Shown here: positions 19,199 to 28,336 of the stretch, piece by piece
How positions within the stretch are numbered: position 1 is the stretch's first letter
Layout: each line of letters starts with the position of its first letter
Origin: Desulfobacterales bacterium
Lineage (GTDB): Bacteria > Desulfobacterota > Desulfobacteria > Desulfobacterales > UBA5616
Direction: 5' to 3'
Assembly (NCBI GenBank): GCA_046483495.1
Contig: JAWODC010000093.1
Coordinates: 1-38,611 of the forward strand
DNA length: 38,611 nt
Made by a program: the position numbers and the translations under genes
The notes under the pieces: generated by a model
The model's database searches: none
The model's input: the letters and a program-made list of their open reading frames with translations, nothing else
Told to the model about the DNA's origin: nothing

Positions 19199-20323
19199 TT
19201 ACCTTTTTGAAACGGCCTGTAATCGTTTTGTCAGCCGTTCGATCAGCCGGTCATGCGGCTGAGTAAATTTCAACACTCCTTCCTGTTCGAGCTGCGCGGC
19301 CACTTCTTCAATATCGATGCCCACCCGTTCAAGATCCGACAGGTATTTCCGCCAGCAATCCAAGTCGCTTTCCAATCGGGCTTCGGGCTTGCCATGATCC
19401 CGATAGGCGGTCAGTGTTTCCATTGGAATGGTATTGATCGTATTCGGTCCGATAAGTGCTTCCACATACTTGACATCCGATTCTTCCGGATTTTTGGTGC
19501 TTGTACTGGCCCAAAGCACACGCTGGGGCAATGCCCCCTTTTCTTCGAGCCTTTTAAACCGTTCTTCGTTAAACGCCTCTTTAAACATCGTGTAAACGGA
19601 TTTTGCACACGCGATGGCGATTTTTCCTTTTAAGGATTTGCATGCTTCGGCATGTTCTCCCCCGTCACGAATGATCTCCGTCAACCGCCGATCGACTTCG
19701 TTATCGATTCGACTGATGAAAAAGCTCGCCACCGACTGAATGCCGCTTAGCGATTCGCCTTTTTTCAACCGCTCTTCCAGTCCGGCAATATAGGCCTCCT
19801 GAACTTCCCGGTAACGCCGCAGGCCAAACAGCAGCGTCACGTTGATGTTCATGCCTTCACGCGTTAAACCCTCGACAGCAACCAATCCTTCTTTGGTCCC
19901 CGGGATCTTGATCATCACGTTCGGCCGGTTCAGCGAATGCCAAAGCCGCCTGGCTTCCTCCACGGTCCCCTGGGGATCGTATGCAAGGTGAGGATCCACT
20001 TCCAGGCTGACATACCCGTATTTGCCCCCGGAATGACTGTACTCCTCCCGAAAGACATCTGCCGCCAGCACGATGTCCTCACGAGACAGCACATCATATA
20101 TCTCCTCGGCGTTCTTTTTCCTGGATGCCAGTGCTTTTATTTCGGCATCATACCTACCGTCCCCGGAAATGGATTTTTCAAATATGGCCGGATTCGACGT
20201 GACCCCCCGCAGACCGTCTGCTTCGATCAGGCGCTTCAATTCTCCTGAAAGGATCAAGTCTCTCTGAATGTAGTCCAGCCAGATGCTCTGGCCGTAATTT
20301 CTGATTTCTTTTACGGGATTCAA
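19199..20323 (-). CDS. tal: Transaldolase (long, type-2 family)
   Basis: GQSIWLD, GVTSNPAIF, VSLEV, NVMIKIP (Schiff-base Lys), NVTLLF, VASFFISR, LWASTSTKNP, TINT; TTG start. Confidence 0.93.
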   Translation of the reverse strand: MNPVKEIRNYGQSIWLDYIQRDLILSGELKRLIEADGLRGVTSNPAIFEKSISGDGRYDAEIKALASRKKNAEEIYDVLSREDIVLAADVFREEYSHSGGKYGYVSLEVDPHLAYDPQGTVEEARRLWHSLNRPNVMIKIPGTKEGLVAVEGLTREGMNINVTLLFGLRRYREVQEAYIAGLEERLKKGESLSGIQSVASFFISRIDNEVDRRLTEIIRDGGEHAEACKSLKGKIAIACAKSVYTMFKEAFNEERFKRLEEKGALPQRVLWASTSTKNPEESDVKYVEALIGPNTINTIPMETLTAYRDHGKPEARLESDLDCWRKYLSDLERVGIDIEEVAAQLEQEGVLKFTQPHDRLIERLTKRLQAVSKR

Positions 20324-20612
20324 AGCCGTTTCACCGCCTTTTTGTTAAAAAACAGGTTGCCTCCGACAAACATTGCGATGGCGCGTTTCCCATATCGGGA
20401 TTGCAGCCGCACGGCATGCAGGTCATTATCAGGTTCTTTTAATAGGCCCTGAAAGTAAATGGGGTCTGCAAGGTATTTAAACGGCACGGAGACATTAGCA
20501 GGACCACCGTTCCAAACAAGCCGAACACGAGTCGTTTTGCCTGAAAATATACAGGATATCATTTATTTACTTTGGTTGCCCGAACGATCATCATGGCAAA
20601 AAAGGAGGCAGC

Positions 20613-21005
20613 ATGTTTCTGGCGGAACTGTTTACGGCGGTCGTGATCGCCGCAGTGCTGACCATTCTGATAGCCGTTGTTTTCAGAGGTGAATCCTGGG
20701 GACTGGGCATGTTTCTGTTTTTTCTCATCCTGTTTTTGGCCACTTGGGCCGGGGGACTCTGGATTACGCCGTTCGGCCCTGTTATGTGGGGAGTCCCATG
20801 GCTTAGTTTCTTTTTTATCGGTTTACTCATTGCACTCGTCTTCGCTGTTTTCATGCCGTCCCGGAACCGCCGCACCCCGAGGACCCTCACAAAAGCCGAA
20901 AGGGAAGCCAGGTTCGAATCCGACACCGTGATTACCATCGATATTTTTCTTTGGATTCTTTTGGCGTTTCTCTTGATCGGCATTATCACCGCTTATGTTC
21001 GGTAA
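20613..21005 (+). CDS. Hypothetical multi-TM membrane protein
   Basis: AGGAGG RBS; four hydrophobic stretches; WAGGLW..PFGP...GV.W motif. Confidence 0.75.
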   Translation: MFLAELFTAVVIAAVLTILIAVVFRGESWGLGMFLFFLILFLATWAGGLWITPFGPVMWGVPWLSFFFIGLLIALVFAVFMPSRNRRTPRTLTKAEREARFESDTVITIDIFLWILLAFLLIGIITAYVR

Positions 21006-21236
21006 AAACCGGAATGAGGCTTATCTTAATCCAAGGACCGACACCGCAACCCGGTTACATTCACGCGGGATCGAAGACCCGCCGGCGTCTATCCGTCGAT
21101 TTTCATGTGAATTCAGGTTTGCCGCACATGTTGTGTTTTCCCACCGTACTACGTTTTTTTGGGCGGTTCTGCGAACGGCTGCCGTTTTTTGACTGTCATC
21201 TGCCGCAAAACATTAGAACATTTGAAAGGTAACACA

Positions 21237-22394
21237 ATGGATCAATTCGATAAGACGGATTTGAATAGACTCATATCTCATCCGGAGGGTTTATGTGTAT
21301 CGATTTACATCCCGACCATCCGCAAGGGCCACGAAGTCAGCCAAAACCAGATCAGGTTCAAGAATGCACTGAGCCAGGCCGAGGATATCATCCAAAAAAC
21401 AAGAGGAAAAGATGCCTCCAGAATAGGGTCTGTTTTGGATCCCGCCAAAAAAAGACTTTCGGACAAACGATTTTGGTTGAAACAGGAACAAGGCCTTGCC
21501 GTCTTTCTATCCCAGCACTTGTTTTCATTTTACCGAACGCCTTTGAATTTCGAGCCGCTTGTTATCGTAAACGACCGGTTTCATCTGAAACCCCTGCTGC
21601 CGCTTTTCGTCACCGATGCCGCATTTTTCCTGCTGGCCGCAACCCAGAAATCCGCGAAACTCTTTGAGTGCACACGACATTCCATAAGTCAGGTAATAGT
21701 CGAGGACATGCCCGCCGGCATCGCGGACGTTTTAAAGTATGACCTTGGAAATGAATACCTGACCGTTCATACCGGCAGACCCGGCCGCTACGGCGGCGAC
21801 AGAGGCGTCATTTTTCACGGGCAGGGCCCGATAGAGCTGGGAAATGACCAGGTTTTACGCTATTTTCAGGCGATAGACAAAGCCATTCATCATGTTCTGA
21901 ATAAAGAAAGCCGCCCGCTTTTATTTGCGGGGCTCGACCGTTTTTTCCCGCTCTACAAGCAGGCGAATTCTTATCCGTATTTGATCACCGATGCGGTCTT
22001 GGCAAAAAATCCGGCCACGATGACCGATGACCAGCTTCTAACGAACGCATGGGAGGTGCTTGACCCGTTTTTTCGCCAGGAGGTGCAGACCGCGATCGAT
22101 AAGTATCACGACTATAAAGGAACGGGTAAAACCGGCGCCGATTTGAGGCAGATCATTTATCGAGCCATTTCCGGACGTGTCGATTATCTCATTGTCGGTG
22201 TGGGGGTTCATCTCTGGGGGAAATATAATCCCGCCACCGATGAAATCGCCGTTCACGATCAAAAAGAGCCATCGGATGAAGATCTTTTGGACCTCGCCGC
22301 CTTTGCCACCATCATCAACGGCGGCCGGGTCTATGCCGTCCCGCCCGAAAGGGTGCCGGATGATGTTTACGCGGCGGCATTTTATCGTTTTTAA
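21237..22394 (+). CDS. Bacterial archaeo-eukaryotic release factor (baeRF3/baeRF7-like) family protein
   Basis: CVSIYIPT, IRFKN, FW....GLAVF, RFHLKPLLP, FHGQG loop, YF..ID, PL.FAG, GRVD.L, DLLD.AA..T..NGG.VY (L7ae-like C-term). Confidence 0.8.
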   Translation: MDQFDKTDLNRLISHPEGLCVSIYIPTIRKGHEVSQNQIRFKNALSQAEDIIQKTRGKDASRIGSVLDPAKKRLSDKRFWLKQEQGLAVFLSQHLFSFYRTPLNFEPLVIVNDRFHLKPLLPLFVTDAAFFLLAATQKSAKLFECTRHSISQVIVEDMPAGIADVLKYDLGNEYLTVHTGRPGRYGGDRGVIFHGQGPIELGNDQVLRYFQAIDKAIHHVLNKESRPLLFAGLDRFFPLYKQANSYPYLITDAVLAKNPATMTDDQLLTNAWEVLDPFFRQEVQTAIDKYHDYKGTGKTGADLRQIIYRAISGRVDYLIVGVGVHLWGKYNPATDEIAVHDQKEPSDEDLLDLAAFATIINGGRVYAVPPERVPDDVYAAAFYRF

Positions 22395-22445
22395 GAATTG
22401 GCCGAACAAACAGATTTATTTAAAAATTCCGTAAGGAGGGCTATA

Positions 22446-22910
22446 ATGAAAAAAGTATTTTTTGTATTAGCAGCGGCAATTTTAATTTTCGGCATGTCCG
22501 GCCCGGCAATGTCCCAGGATGCTCAAAACGGCACACAGGCAAAAGATTCCAACGGATCCGCCCAGACGGAAGGCTGGTTCTGCCCATGGTGTGGAAGCCC
22601 AATGGGTGAAAGGGGAATGGGTCCCGGCATGATGCATGGCCGAGACATGAAGCAAAGAGGCGGGTATTACCACCACGGGTGGAGCAGAGGAACCTGTCCC
22701 AGGGCGCAAATGAAACGGATGAAACCCATGACTGAGGCTGATATTCGCGGGTTGATGGAGAATTATGTAGCGGGGAACCCCAATCTCAAGGTAGGCGAAA
22801 TAACGGAAAAGGAAGACACCTATGTCGCTGAAGTCGTCACCCGGGACGATTCCCTGGTTGAAAAAATCATTGTCGACAAGAATACGGGATATATGAAACG
22901 CAGCTTTTAG
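22446..22910 (+). CDS. Exported protein with CxxC, Met/Gly/His-rich linker and PepSY-like C-terminus
   Basis: AAGGAGG RBS; Sec signal (AMS-Q); WFCPWCG, GMGPGMMHG, YHHG; C-term Y.AEVVT....V.KI.VDKNTG. Confidence 0.75.
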   Translation: MKKVFFVLAAAILIFGMSGPAMSQDAQNGTQAKDSNGSAQTEGWFCPWCGSPMGERGMGPGMMHGRDMKQRGGYYHHGWSRGTCPRAQMKRMKPMTEADIRGLMENYVAGNPNLKVGEITEKEDTYVAEVVTRDDSLVEKIIVDKNTGYMKRSF

Positions 22911-22920
22911 CCGGACTCAT

Positions 22921-22967
22921 TTGCCGGAATCGAAAGCGCCCGGTCTGCCTGCTCTCGATTCCGGCAA
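22921..22967 (+). terminator. Strong hairpin after the 22446-22910 gene (terminator or mRNA-stabilising stem)
   Basis: 13-bp perfect inverted repeat ttgccggaatcga / tcgattccggcaa, 10 bp after the stop; no clear U-tract. Confidence 0.6.
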
Positions 22968-23290
22968 GATCGCCGCACACATTGCAGCCCGTAGAATATG
23001 CGAGCCGGCGAGGGCAATTTGATGTTCATGCCGGTTTCTTCCGCAACGGCCAATCCGATGTCCGCGAAAATCCCCTCAAACCCCGATTACCGCGCCGAAC
23101 AAGATCAGATCGGTTGTGAAGAAGGGTTGCGCATACGAAACAATTGACAGCCTTGGAATTCGTGTTACAGTAGCTGAAAAGTCCAGGCCCCACAGCGCCG
23201 AAAAAGCTGATTTCTTAGGCTTATCGTTGCCCAACAGCGAAAAACCGGAAGCATTCAGACTACGGCTCTTCCCGGAACTTGCAGCTTACT

Positions 23291-24670
23291 ATGCAAAAGA
23301 CAAATCAGCAAAAATGTGAAAAGCCCGGCCGCCTGATGATTGTCGATGATGATCCCGTGACGCTGAAAAACCTCAGGCGATTGCTTGAAAGAGACGGTCA
23401 TGCGGTTTCGTCGTTTTCGAATCCGTTAAGAGCGCTTCAGCGTCTGGAAGATACGGCCTATGATGTGATCATCAGCGATATCCGCATGCCCGATCTGGAC
23501 GGCCTTTCATTCATGAATGAAGCGAGACGGCTCCTTCCGGAAATAGATATCATTCTGATAACCGGTTTTGCCTCTATTGAAGACGCCGTTTCGGCCACCA
23601 AGAAAGGCGCTTATCATTATCTGGCAAAGCCTTTCAATCCGAACCGGATCAGGGAGTTGGTTTTCAAAGTACTGGAAGAGCGACAGTTAAGGCAATCCGA
23701 TTCAATCCAAAAAGAGCCTTGGAATTCGACCGATTCGGAACCGGTCATGATCGGAAAAAGCGCCAAAATGGATCGGATCAAGCAAACCATTCTTCAGATC
23801 GGACCTGTCGAATGCAACGTGCTGATATCCGGCGAATCCGGGACGGGAAAAGAGCTGGTGGCCCGATCCATCCACTTTCACAGCCCCCGTGCCGCCGGGC
23901 CTTTCATGGCCTTCAATTGCGGGGCATTCAGCGAGGATTTGATCACCAATGAGCTCTTCGGCCATGAAAAAGAGGCCTACACCGGCGCCTCCTCGATGAA
24001 AAAGGGACTTTTGGAAGCCGCCCATGGCGGGACCGTATTTCTCGACGAAATCAGCGACATGTCCCTGTCCATGCAATCAAAACTTCTCCGTGTCATTCAG
24101 GAGCGGGAATTGATCCGGGTCGGGGGTACCCGTCCGGTGCCGCTCGATATCCGGTTTATCGCCGCAACTGCAAAAGATCTCCAGCAGTCCGTCAAAGAGG
24201 GAACCTTTCGGGGAGACCTTTATTTTCGTTTAAATGTCGTCAATCTCCTTCTTCCTCCGTTATCCGAACGGCGGGAAGATATTCCCCTGCTGGCATTTTA
24301 CCTTTTGGGAAAATTCGTCAAAAAAACCGGCAAGCGGGTGAACGCGATTTCCGATGAAGCCATCGATCTTTTGAAGTATTACGCATTCCCCGGCAACATC
24401 AGGGAATTGGAAAATATTCTTGAAAGAGCCGTTGCCATGTGCAGGGGCGATACGATCCAGGTTCACGACCTCCCCTCCGACCTGGTCGAACTGGATCTGT
24501 CCGCGTACGCCAGGCCGGCCGGACCGATGCTGAGCCTCGAGGAGGTAGAGAAAGATTATATCGGCCATGTACTGAAGATATCCCGTGGATCACGCGCCCG
24601 TACGGCCGAAATTCTCGGCATCGACCGGACCTCACTGTGGCGGAAAATGAAAAAATACGACCTGCTGTAA
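23291..24670 (+). CDS. sigma54-dependent response regulator (NtrC/AtoC family: REC-AAA+-Fis HTH)
   Basis: VDDD/D-IRMP/KPF receiver; GESGTGKE, ELFGHEKEAYTGA, FLDEI, FRGDLYFRL, FPGNIREL; LGIDRTSLWRKMKKY. Confidence 0.95.
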   Translation: MQKTNQQKCEKPGRLMIVDDDPVTLKNLRRLLERDGHAVSSFSNPLRALQRLEDTAYDVIISDIRMPDLDGLSFMNEARRLLPEIDIILITGFASIEDAVSATKKGAYHYLAKPFNPNRIRELVFKVLEERQLRQSDSIQKEPWNSTDSEPVMIGKSAKMDRIKQTILQIGPVECNVLISGESGTGKELVARSIHFHSPRAAGPFMAFNCGAFSEDLITNELFGHEKEAYTGASSMKKGLLEAAHGGTVFLDEISDMSLSMQSKLLRVIQERELIRVGGTRPVPLDIRFIAATAKDLQQSVKEGTFRGDLYFRLNVVNLLLPPLSERREDIPLLAFYLLGKFVKKTGKRVNAISDEAIDLLKYYAFPGNIRELENILERAVAMCRGDTIQVHDLPSDLVELDLSAYARPAGPMLSLEEVEKDYIGHVLKISRGSRARTAEILGIDRTSLWRKMKKYDLL

Positions 24671-24777
24671 TGTTTCATTATGCAACATACATGTTCGATT
24701 CTGCAACATCGAGGCCATTACAATGAGTTCTTTGCTTTCGACGAAGTAAAATCATCCATTGTTTCATAAATGCAACA
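24671..24777. promoter_or_regulatory. Three imperfect palindromes TGTT..A-n-TGCAACA, candidate enhancer (bEBP) sites
   Basis: tgtttcattatgcaaca 24671-24687, tgttcgattctgcaaca 24692-24708, tgtttcataaatgcaaca 24760-24777; 210-320 bp upstream of the -24/-12 site. Confidence 0.7.
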
Positions 24778-24986
24778 CACATCCTTTACCCGGTCTCAAT
24801 CCTGTATAGCCGTTTTCTGAAAGAAACGTCAACCAACGCCATCTGTCGATCATTTCTTTTATCCTGAACAGCATCACATAATTGATAATATTTTAAAACT
24901 ATTAACCGCGTTTTGCTGCATGGCCGATTCAACAGGAGCACCGCCTGAAAACGCGTGCCGACCACGTGCTTGCCAGAAAACGTTTT

Positions 24987-25002
24987 CCGGCATGAATATT
25001 GC
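24987..25002 (+). promoter_or_regulatory. sigma54 (-24/-12) promoter of the USP-SLC13 operon
   Basis: CCGGCATGAATATTGC: GG(24989-90)-N10-GC(25001-02) with TTGC; 32 bp before ATG 25035. Confidence 0.8.
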
Positions 25003-25034
25003 CAAGCTTCCAAATTGAAAGGAAGCAGAAATCC

Positions 25035-25499
25035 ATGTTTAAACGAATTCTGATGGTTTTTGAAAATGACAGGGTTTTTGAACAGGCATTATCTTACTGC
25101 CGTGAACTGGCCTTGCGCATGGATTCCGAGGCAACACTGCTGGTTCTGGTGGAAATGGATTTCAAGCATCCCTCGATTATCGAATCCAGGAGAAAAACCA
25201 TCAGTCAGGCAAAACAGCACATGGGGCGGATCCTCACCGGTCTCTCAGCCGACTTCGTCAAAAGCGGCATTCCTGTCAGCGTGGCCATCCGGGTCGGTGA
25301 TCCGGCGCAGGAGCTGCTTAAATTTCTGGCTGAACGTGAAACGTTTCACACCATCATTTGGGGCAGCGGTGAAAAACCGCCCTATGATGATGATAACAGG
25401 CGGCACTGGATGAAAAAAGTAATGGAAACGCTGGAGTGTCCGCTGATAACGGTAAGCGCACGCAAATTCACCGGGAAACAGCAGCAAGGCAAATATTAG
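25035..25499 (+). CDS. Universal stress protein (USP)-like protein
   Basis: MFKRILMV, ALSY..ELA, RVGDPAQEL, IIWGS, ECPLITV. Confidence 0.8.
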   Translation: MFKRILMVFENDRVFEQALSYCRELALRMDSEATLLVLVEMDFKHPSIIESRRKTISQAKQHMGRILTGLSADFVKSGIPVSVAIRVGDPAQELLKFLAERETFHTIIWGSGEKPPYDDDNRRHWMKKVMETLECPLITVSARKFTGKQQQGKY

Positions 25500-25538
25500 A
25501 AGTGGTTTAAACATTTAATCAGGACCAAGATCAAGGCG

Positions 25539-25666
25539 GGAGGAAGGATTTAAGCGCATGAATACATTGCGTATTTTAAACATTAAATCTTTCCTCCAAA
25601 CGGCGAAATCGGGTTTGAGGGGAGGTTTTGAAACGACTTCCACTAAAATCCGGAGAAGGAGGAAAG
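25539..25666 (+). promoter_or_regulatory. Structured intergenic leader: two long hairpins, 3' arm of first is complementary to the downstream Shine-Dalgarno
   Basis: 25539-25553 pairs with 25583-25597; 25610-25627 pairs with 25635-25652; ctttcctcc (25589-25597) is the exact complement of ggaggaaag (25658-25666) before TTG 25671. Confidence 0.5.
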
Positions 25667-25670
25667 CTCA

Positions 25671-27485
25671 TTGGAAGCATTAACATCGGATATGATACTG
25701 GTTTTAACGCTCATCGGAGTTGCGGTCTTTCTTTTCATCGTCGAGTGGCTGCGGGTAGACGTGGTGGCGATCCTGATCATGGTGCTGCTGCCGCATCTCG
25801 GGTTGGTCTCACCCAAAGAAGCCTTTATAGGACTCAGCAGTAATGCCGTTGTGTCAATCATCGCCGTTATTATCATCGGAGCGGGCCTTGACAGAACCGG
25901 TCTGATTAACGGCCTGGTGTCCCCCATTATGAGAATTGCCGGCAACAACCCTTCCCGAATCATTACCTCCATCAGTATGGCGATATCCGTTATCAGCTGT
26001 TTCATGCAGAACATCGGGGCCGCCGCCCTTTTTCTTCCCGCCATTCAGAGGATCAGCAAATCCCTGGGAATATCATTGAGCAGGCTCCTGATGCCGATCG
26101 GATTTTCCGCCATTTTGGGGGGGACAATGACCCTGGTGGGATCCAGCCCCCTCATTCTGTTAAACGATCTCATCGCGCCGTTTAATCTCGAACCATTCGG
26201 CTTGTTTGACGTAACGCCGATCGGAATCGCGCTGGTGATTTCCGGAATCGGATGTTTTATCCTGTTTGGGCGCTATATTCTTCCGCGCGATCCAAAATCC
26301 GAAACATCGGGCGGCACAGAAACCGGGAACGACCATACGTTTGTCCAGGAAGAAATCGGCGAGCCCTACGAGCTGAAAACACCGGAGGATTATACGCACT
26401 ACCGTGACCCCGTCACGGTCGACGATCTCCGGCGGCGATATCTGGTGAACGTGGTGGCGATAACTGCGCCGCCGGATGTAAAAACGATTTCTCCTCCCGG
26501 GGAAACCGTGATCCGTTCAGGAATTCACCTGGCGGTATACGGTTTGGCACGGGATGTCGAGCGGCTGGCCCGAGAAGAAGGAATGGATCTGAAAAAGGGC
26601 GCCGATGTTTTTAGAAATGAGCTTTCCGAATATACCAGCAGCACGGTCGAAGCGGTTGTCGCCCCACGATCGCGGTTGGAAGGAAAAACATTGAACCAAA
26701 TCAATCTGCCGGAGCGGTTCAACGTAACCCCGCTTGCCGTCTACCGCAATGACAAAACATACCGGGCCGAAATAGGACATATGCTTCTCAATGTCGGCGA
26801 TGCCATCCTGATTTACGGAACCTGGAAGCGCCTTCAGCTTCTGCAGCAAGAAGGAGAACTGCTGTTCACGACGCCTGTGGATGTGGAAGCCATGAGACCG
26901 GACAAGGCGGCCATCGCCGGGTTTTGGCTGGCCCTGGCGCTCGTAATGGTTATTTTTTTCAAAATCCAGCTTTCCGTGTCCCTGATGAGCGGAGCCCTTG
27001 GCATGATCATCACCCGTGTTTTAACGATAGATGAAGCCTACCGATCGGTGGATTGGAGAACCATTTTTTTGTTGGGCGGGTTGATACCCCTGGGAATCGC
27101 CACCGAAAAAACCGGAACCGCTGCATGGGTCGCCCAAACGGTTCTGGGAATGATCGGAACGGTTCAGCCCATCATCCTGCTTACCGTCATCGGCATTCTT
27201 TCCACCCTTTTCACACTTGTTATTTCAAATGTGGGGGCAACCGTACTACTGGTCCCACTGGTCGTCAATATGGCGCTGACCGCCAACGCCGATCCCCGAA
27301 TGGCGGCCCTGGTGGTGGGTATCGCCACCAGCAATTCGTTCATTCTGCCCACCCATCAGGTGAATGCCTTATACATGGGCCCGGGCCATTATCGCAGTGT
27401 CGACTTCATGAGGGCGGGGGGGTTGATCAGCATCATTTTCATCGTCGTCATGATCGGGGCCATTTATCTCTTCTACGGGATTTAA
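25671..27485 (+). CDS. SLC13/DASS-family permease with internal TrkA-C (RCK_C) domains
   Basis: E..RVDVVA, GL.RTG, SCFMQN.GA, LGGTMTLVGSSPLI, soluble TrkA-C middle, DWRTIFL, SNVGA, PTHQVNAL..GPG.Y...DF; TTG start with GGAGG. Confidence 0.9.
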   Translation: MEALTSDMILVLTLIGVAVFLFIVEWLRVDVVAILIMVLLPHLGLVSPKEAFIGLSSNAVVSIIAVIIIGAGLDRTGLINGLVSPIMRIAGNNPSRIITSISMAISVISCFMQNIGAAALFLPAIQRISKSLGISLSRLLMPIGFSAILGGTMTLVGSSPLILLNDLIAPFNLEPFGLFDVTPIGIALVISGIGCFILFGRYILPRDPKSETSGGTETGNDHTFVQEEIGEPYELKTPEDYTHYRDPVTVDDLRRRYLVNVVAITAPPDVKTISPPGETVIRSGIHLAVYGLARDVERLAREEGMDLKKGADVFRNELSEYTSSTVEAVVAPRSRLEGKTLNQINLPERFNVTPLAVYRNDKTYRAEIGHMLLNVGDAILIYGTWKRLQLLQQEGELLFTTPVDVEAMRPDKAAIAGFWLALALVMVIFFKIQLSVSLMSGALGMIITRVLTIDEAYRSVDWRTIFLLGGLIPLGIATEKTGTAAWVAQTVLGMIGTVQPIILLTVIGILSTLFTLVISNVGATVLLVPLVVNMALTANADPRMAALVVGIATSNSFILPTHQVNALYMGPGHYRSVDFMRAGGLISIIFIVVMIGAIYLFYGI

Positions 27486-27497
27486 CAAGGAGGCACA

Positions 27498-28310
27498 ATG
27501 GCGATTATAACGATTTCAAGGGGTTCCTTCACCAAGGGCATGGAAATTGCCGAAGCGGTGGCCCGGCAACTGGACTATGATTGTGTGAGCCGGGAGGTGA
27601 TTCTCAACGCAAGCGACCGATTCAATATCCCGGAAATCAAGTTAAAAAAGGCAATTCATGATGCCCCTTCCATTCTGGACCGCTTCAGTCATGGCAAAAC
27701 AGCCTTTATCAGCTTTTACCAGAGCGCCCTGACACGCCGCGTCCAAAAGGGCGACGTCGTCTACCACGGCCTTGCCGGGCACCTGCTGCTCAAAGGTGTG
27801 CCCCATGTCCTGAAAGTACGAATCATCGCAGATCTGTCCGTTCGCATCAAAAATGAAATGGAGCAAAACGGAATCAGCGAACAGGAGGCGCGCAATTTAA
27901 TAATAAAAGATGATGAAGAGCGCCGCAACTGGACCCGAAGCCTCTACGGCGTGGATCCCTGGGACAGCTCATTGTATGATCTTGTCATCTGCATCAATAC
28001 ATTTACCGTGGAAAATGCGGTCGATTTCATCTGCCGGGCCGCCGGACTGGAGCAATTTCAACAGACCCCGGCCTCCGAACAGATGATGAAGGACCTGGCG
28101 CTGGCCAGTGAAGTAAAGGCGGCCTTAATCGAGCATCAGTTGGATGTAGCGGTTTCCAGTGAATATCAGAACGTCATCATATACTCGAAGGCATATGGCC
28201 GAAATCTGCAGAAACTGGAGCAGAGGGCCAAATCCCTGTCGAAAAATATTCCGGAAATCAACAACATAGAGGTGCACGCCGGCATAACGTACCCACAAAA
28301 TGCCGTTTAA
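27498..28310 (+). CDS. Cytidylate kinase-like family protein with C-terminal BON-like domain
   Basis: MAIITISRGSFTKG.EIA, VVYHG.AGH, LKVRIIAD, DD.ER..W...LYG.D..D...YDLVI; C-term LA..VKA.L...V.V...G/N.V.I...IP.I..IEV. Confidence 0.85.
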   Translation: MAIITISRGSFTKGMEIAEAVARQLDYDCVSREVILNASDRFNIPEIKLKKAIHDAPSILDRFSHGKTAFISFYQSALTRRVQKGDVVYHGLAGHLLLKGVPHVLKVRIIADLSVRIKNEMEQNGISEQEARNLIIKDDEERRNWTRSLYGVDPWDSSLYDLVICINTFTVENAVDFICRAAGLEQFQQTPASEQMMKDLALASEVKAALIEHQLDVAVSSEYQNVIIYSKAYGRNLQKLEQRAKSLSKNIPEINNIEVHAGITYPQNAV

Positions 28311-28336
28311 ACATTACAAAGGAAAGGTTTTGGAAC

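Noticed and set aside
20320..20562. 80-aa minus-strand ORF overlapping the tal start
   Set aside because: No RBS or recognisable motif; lies in the divergent promoter region.
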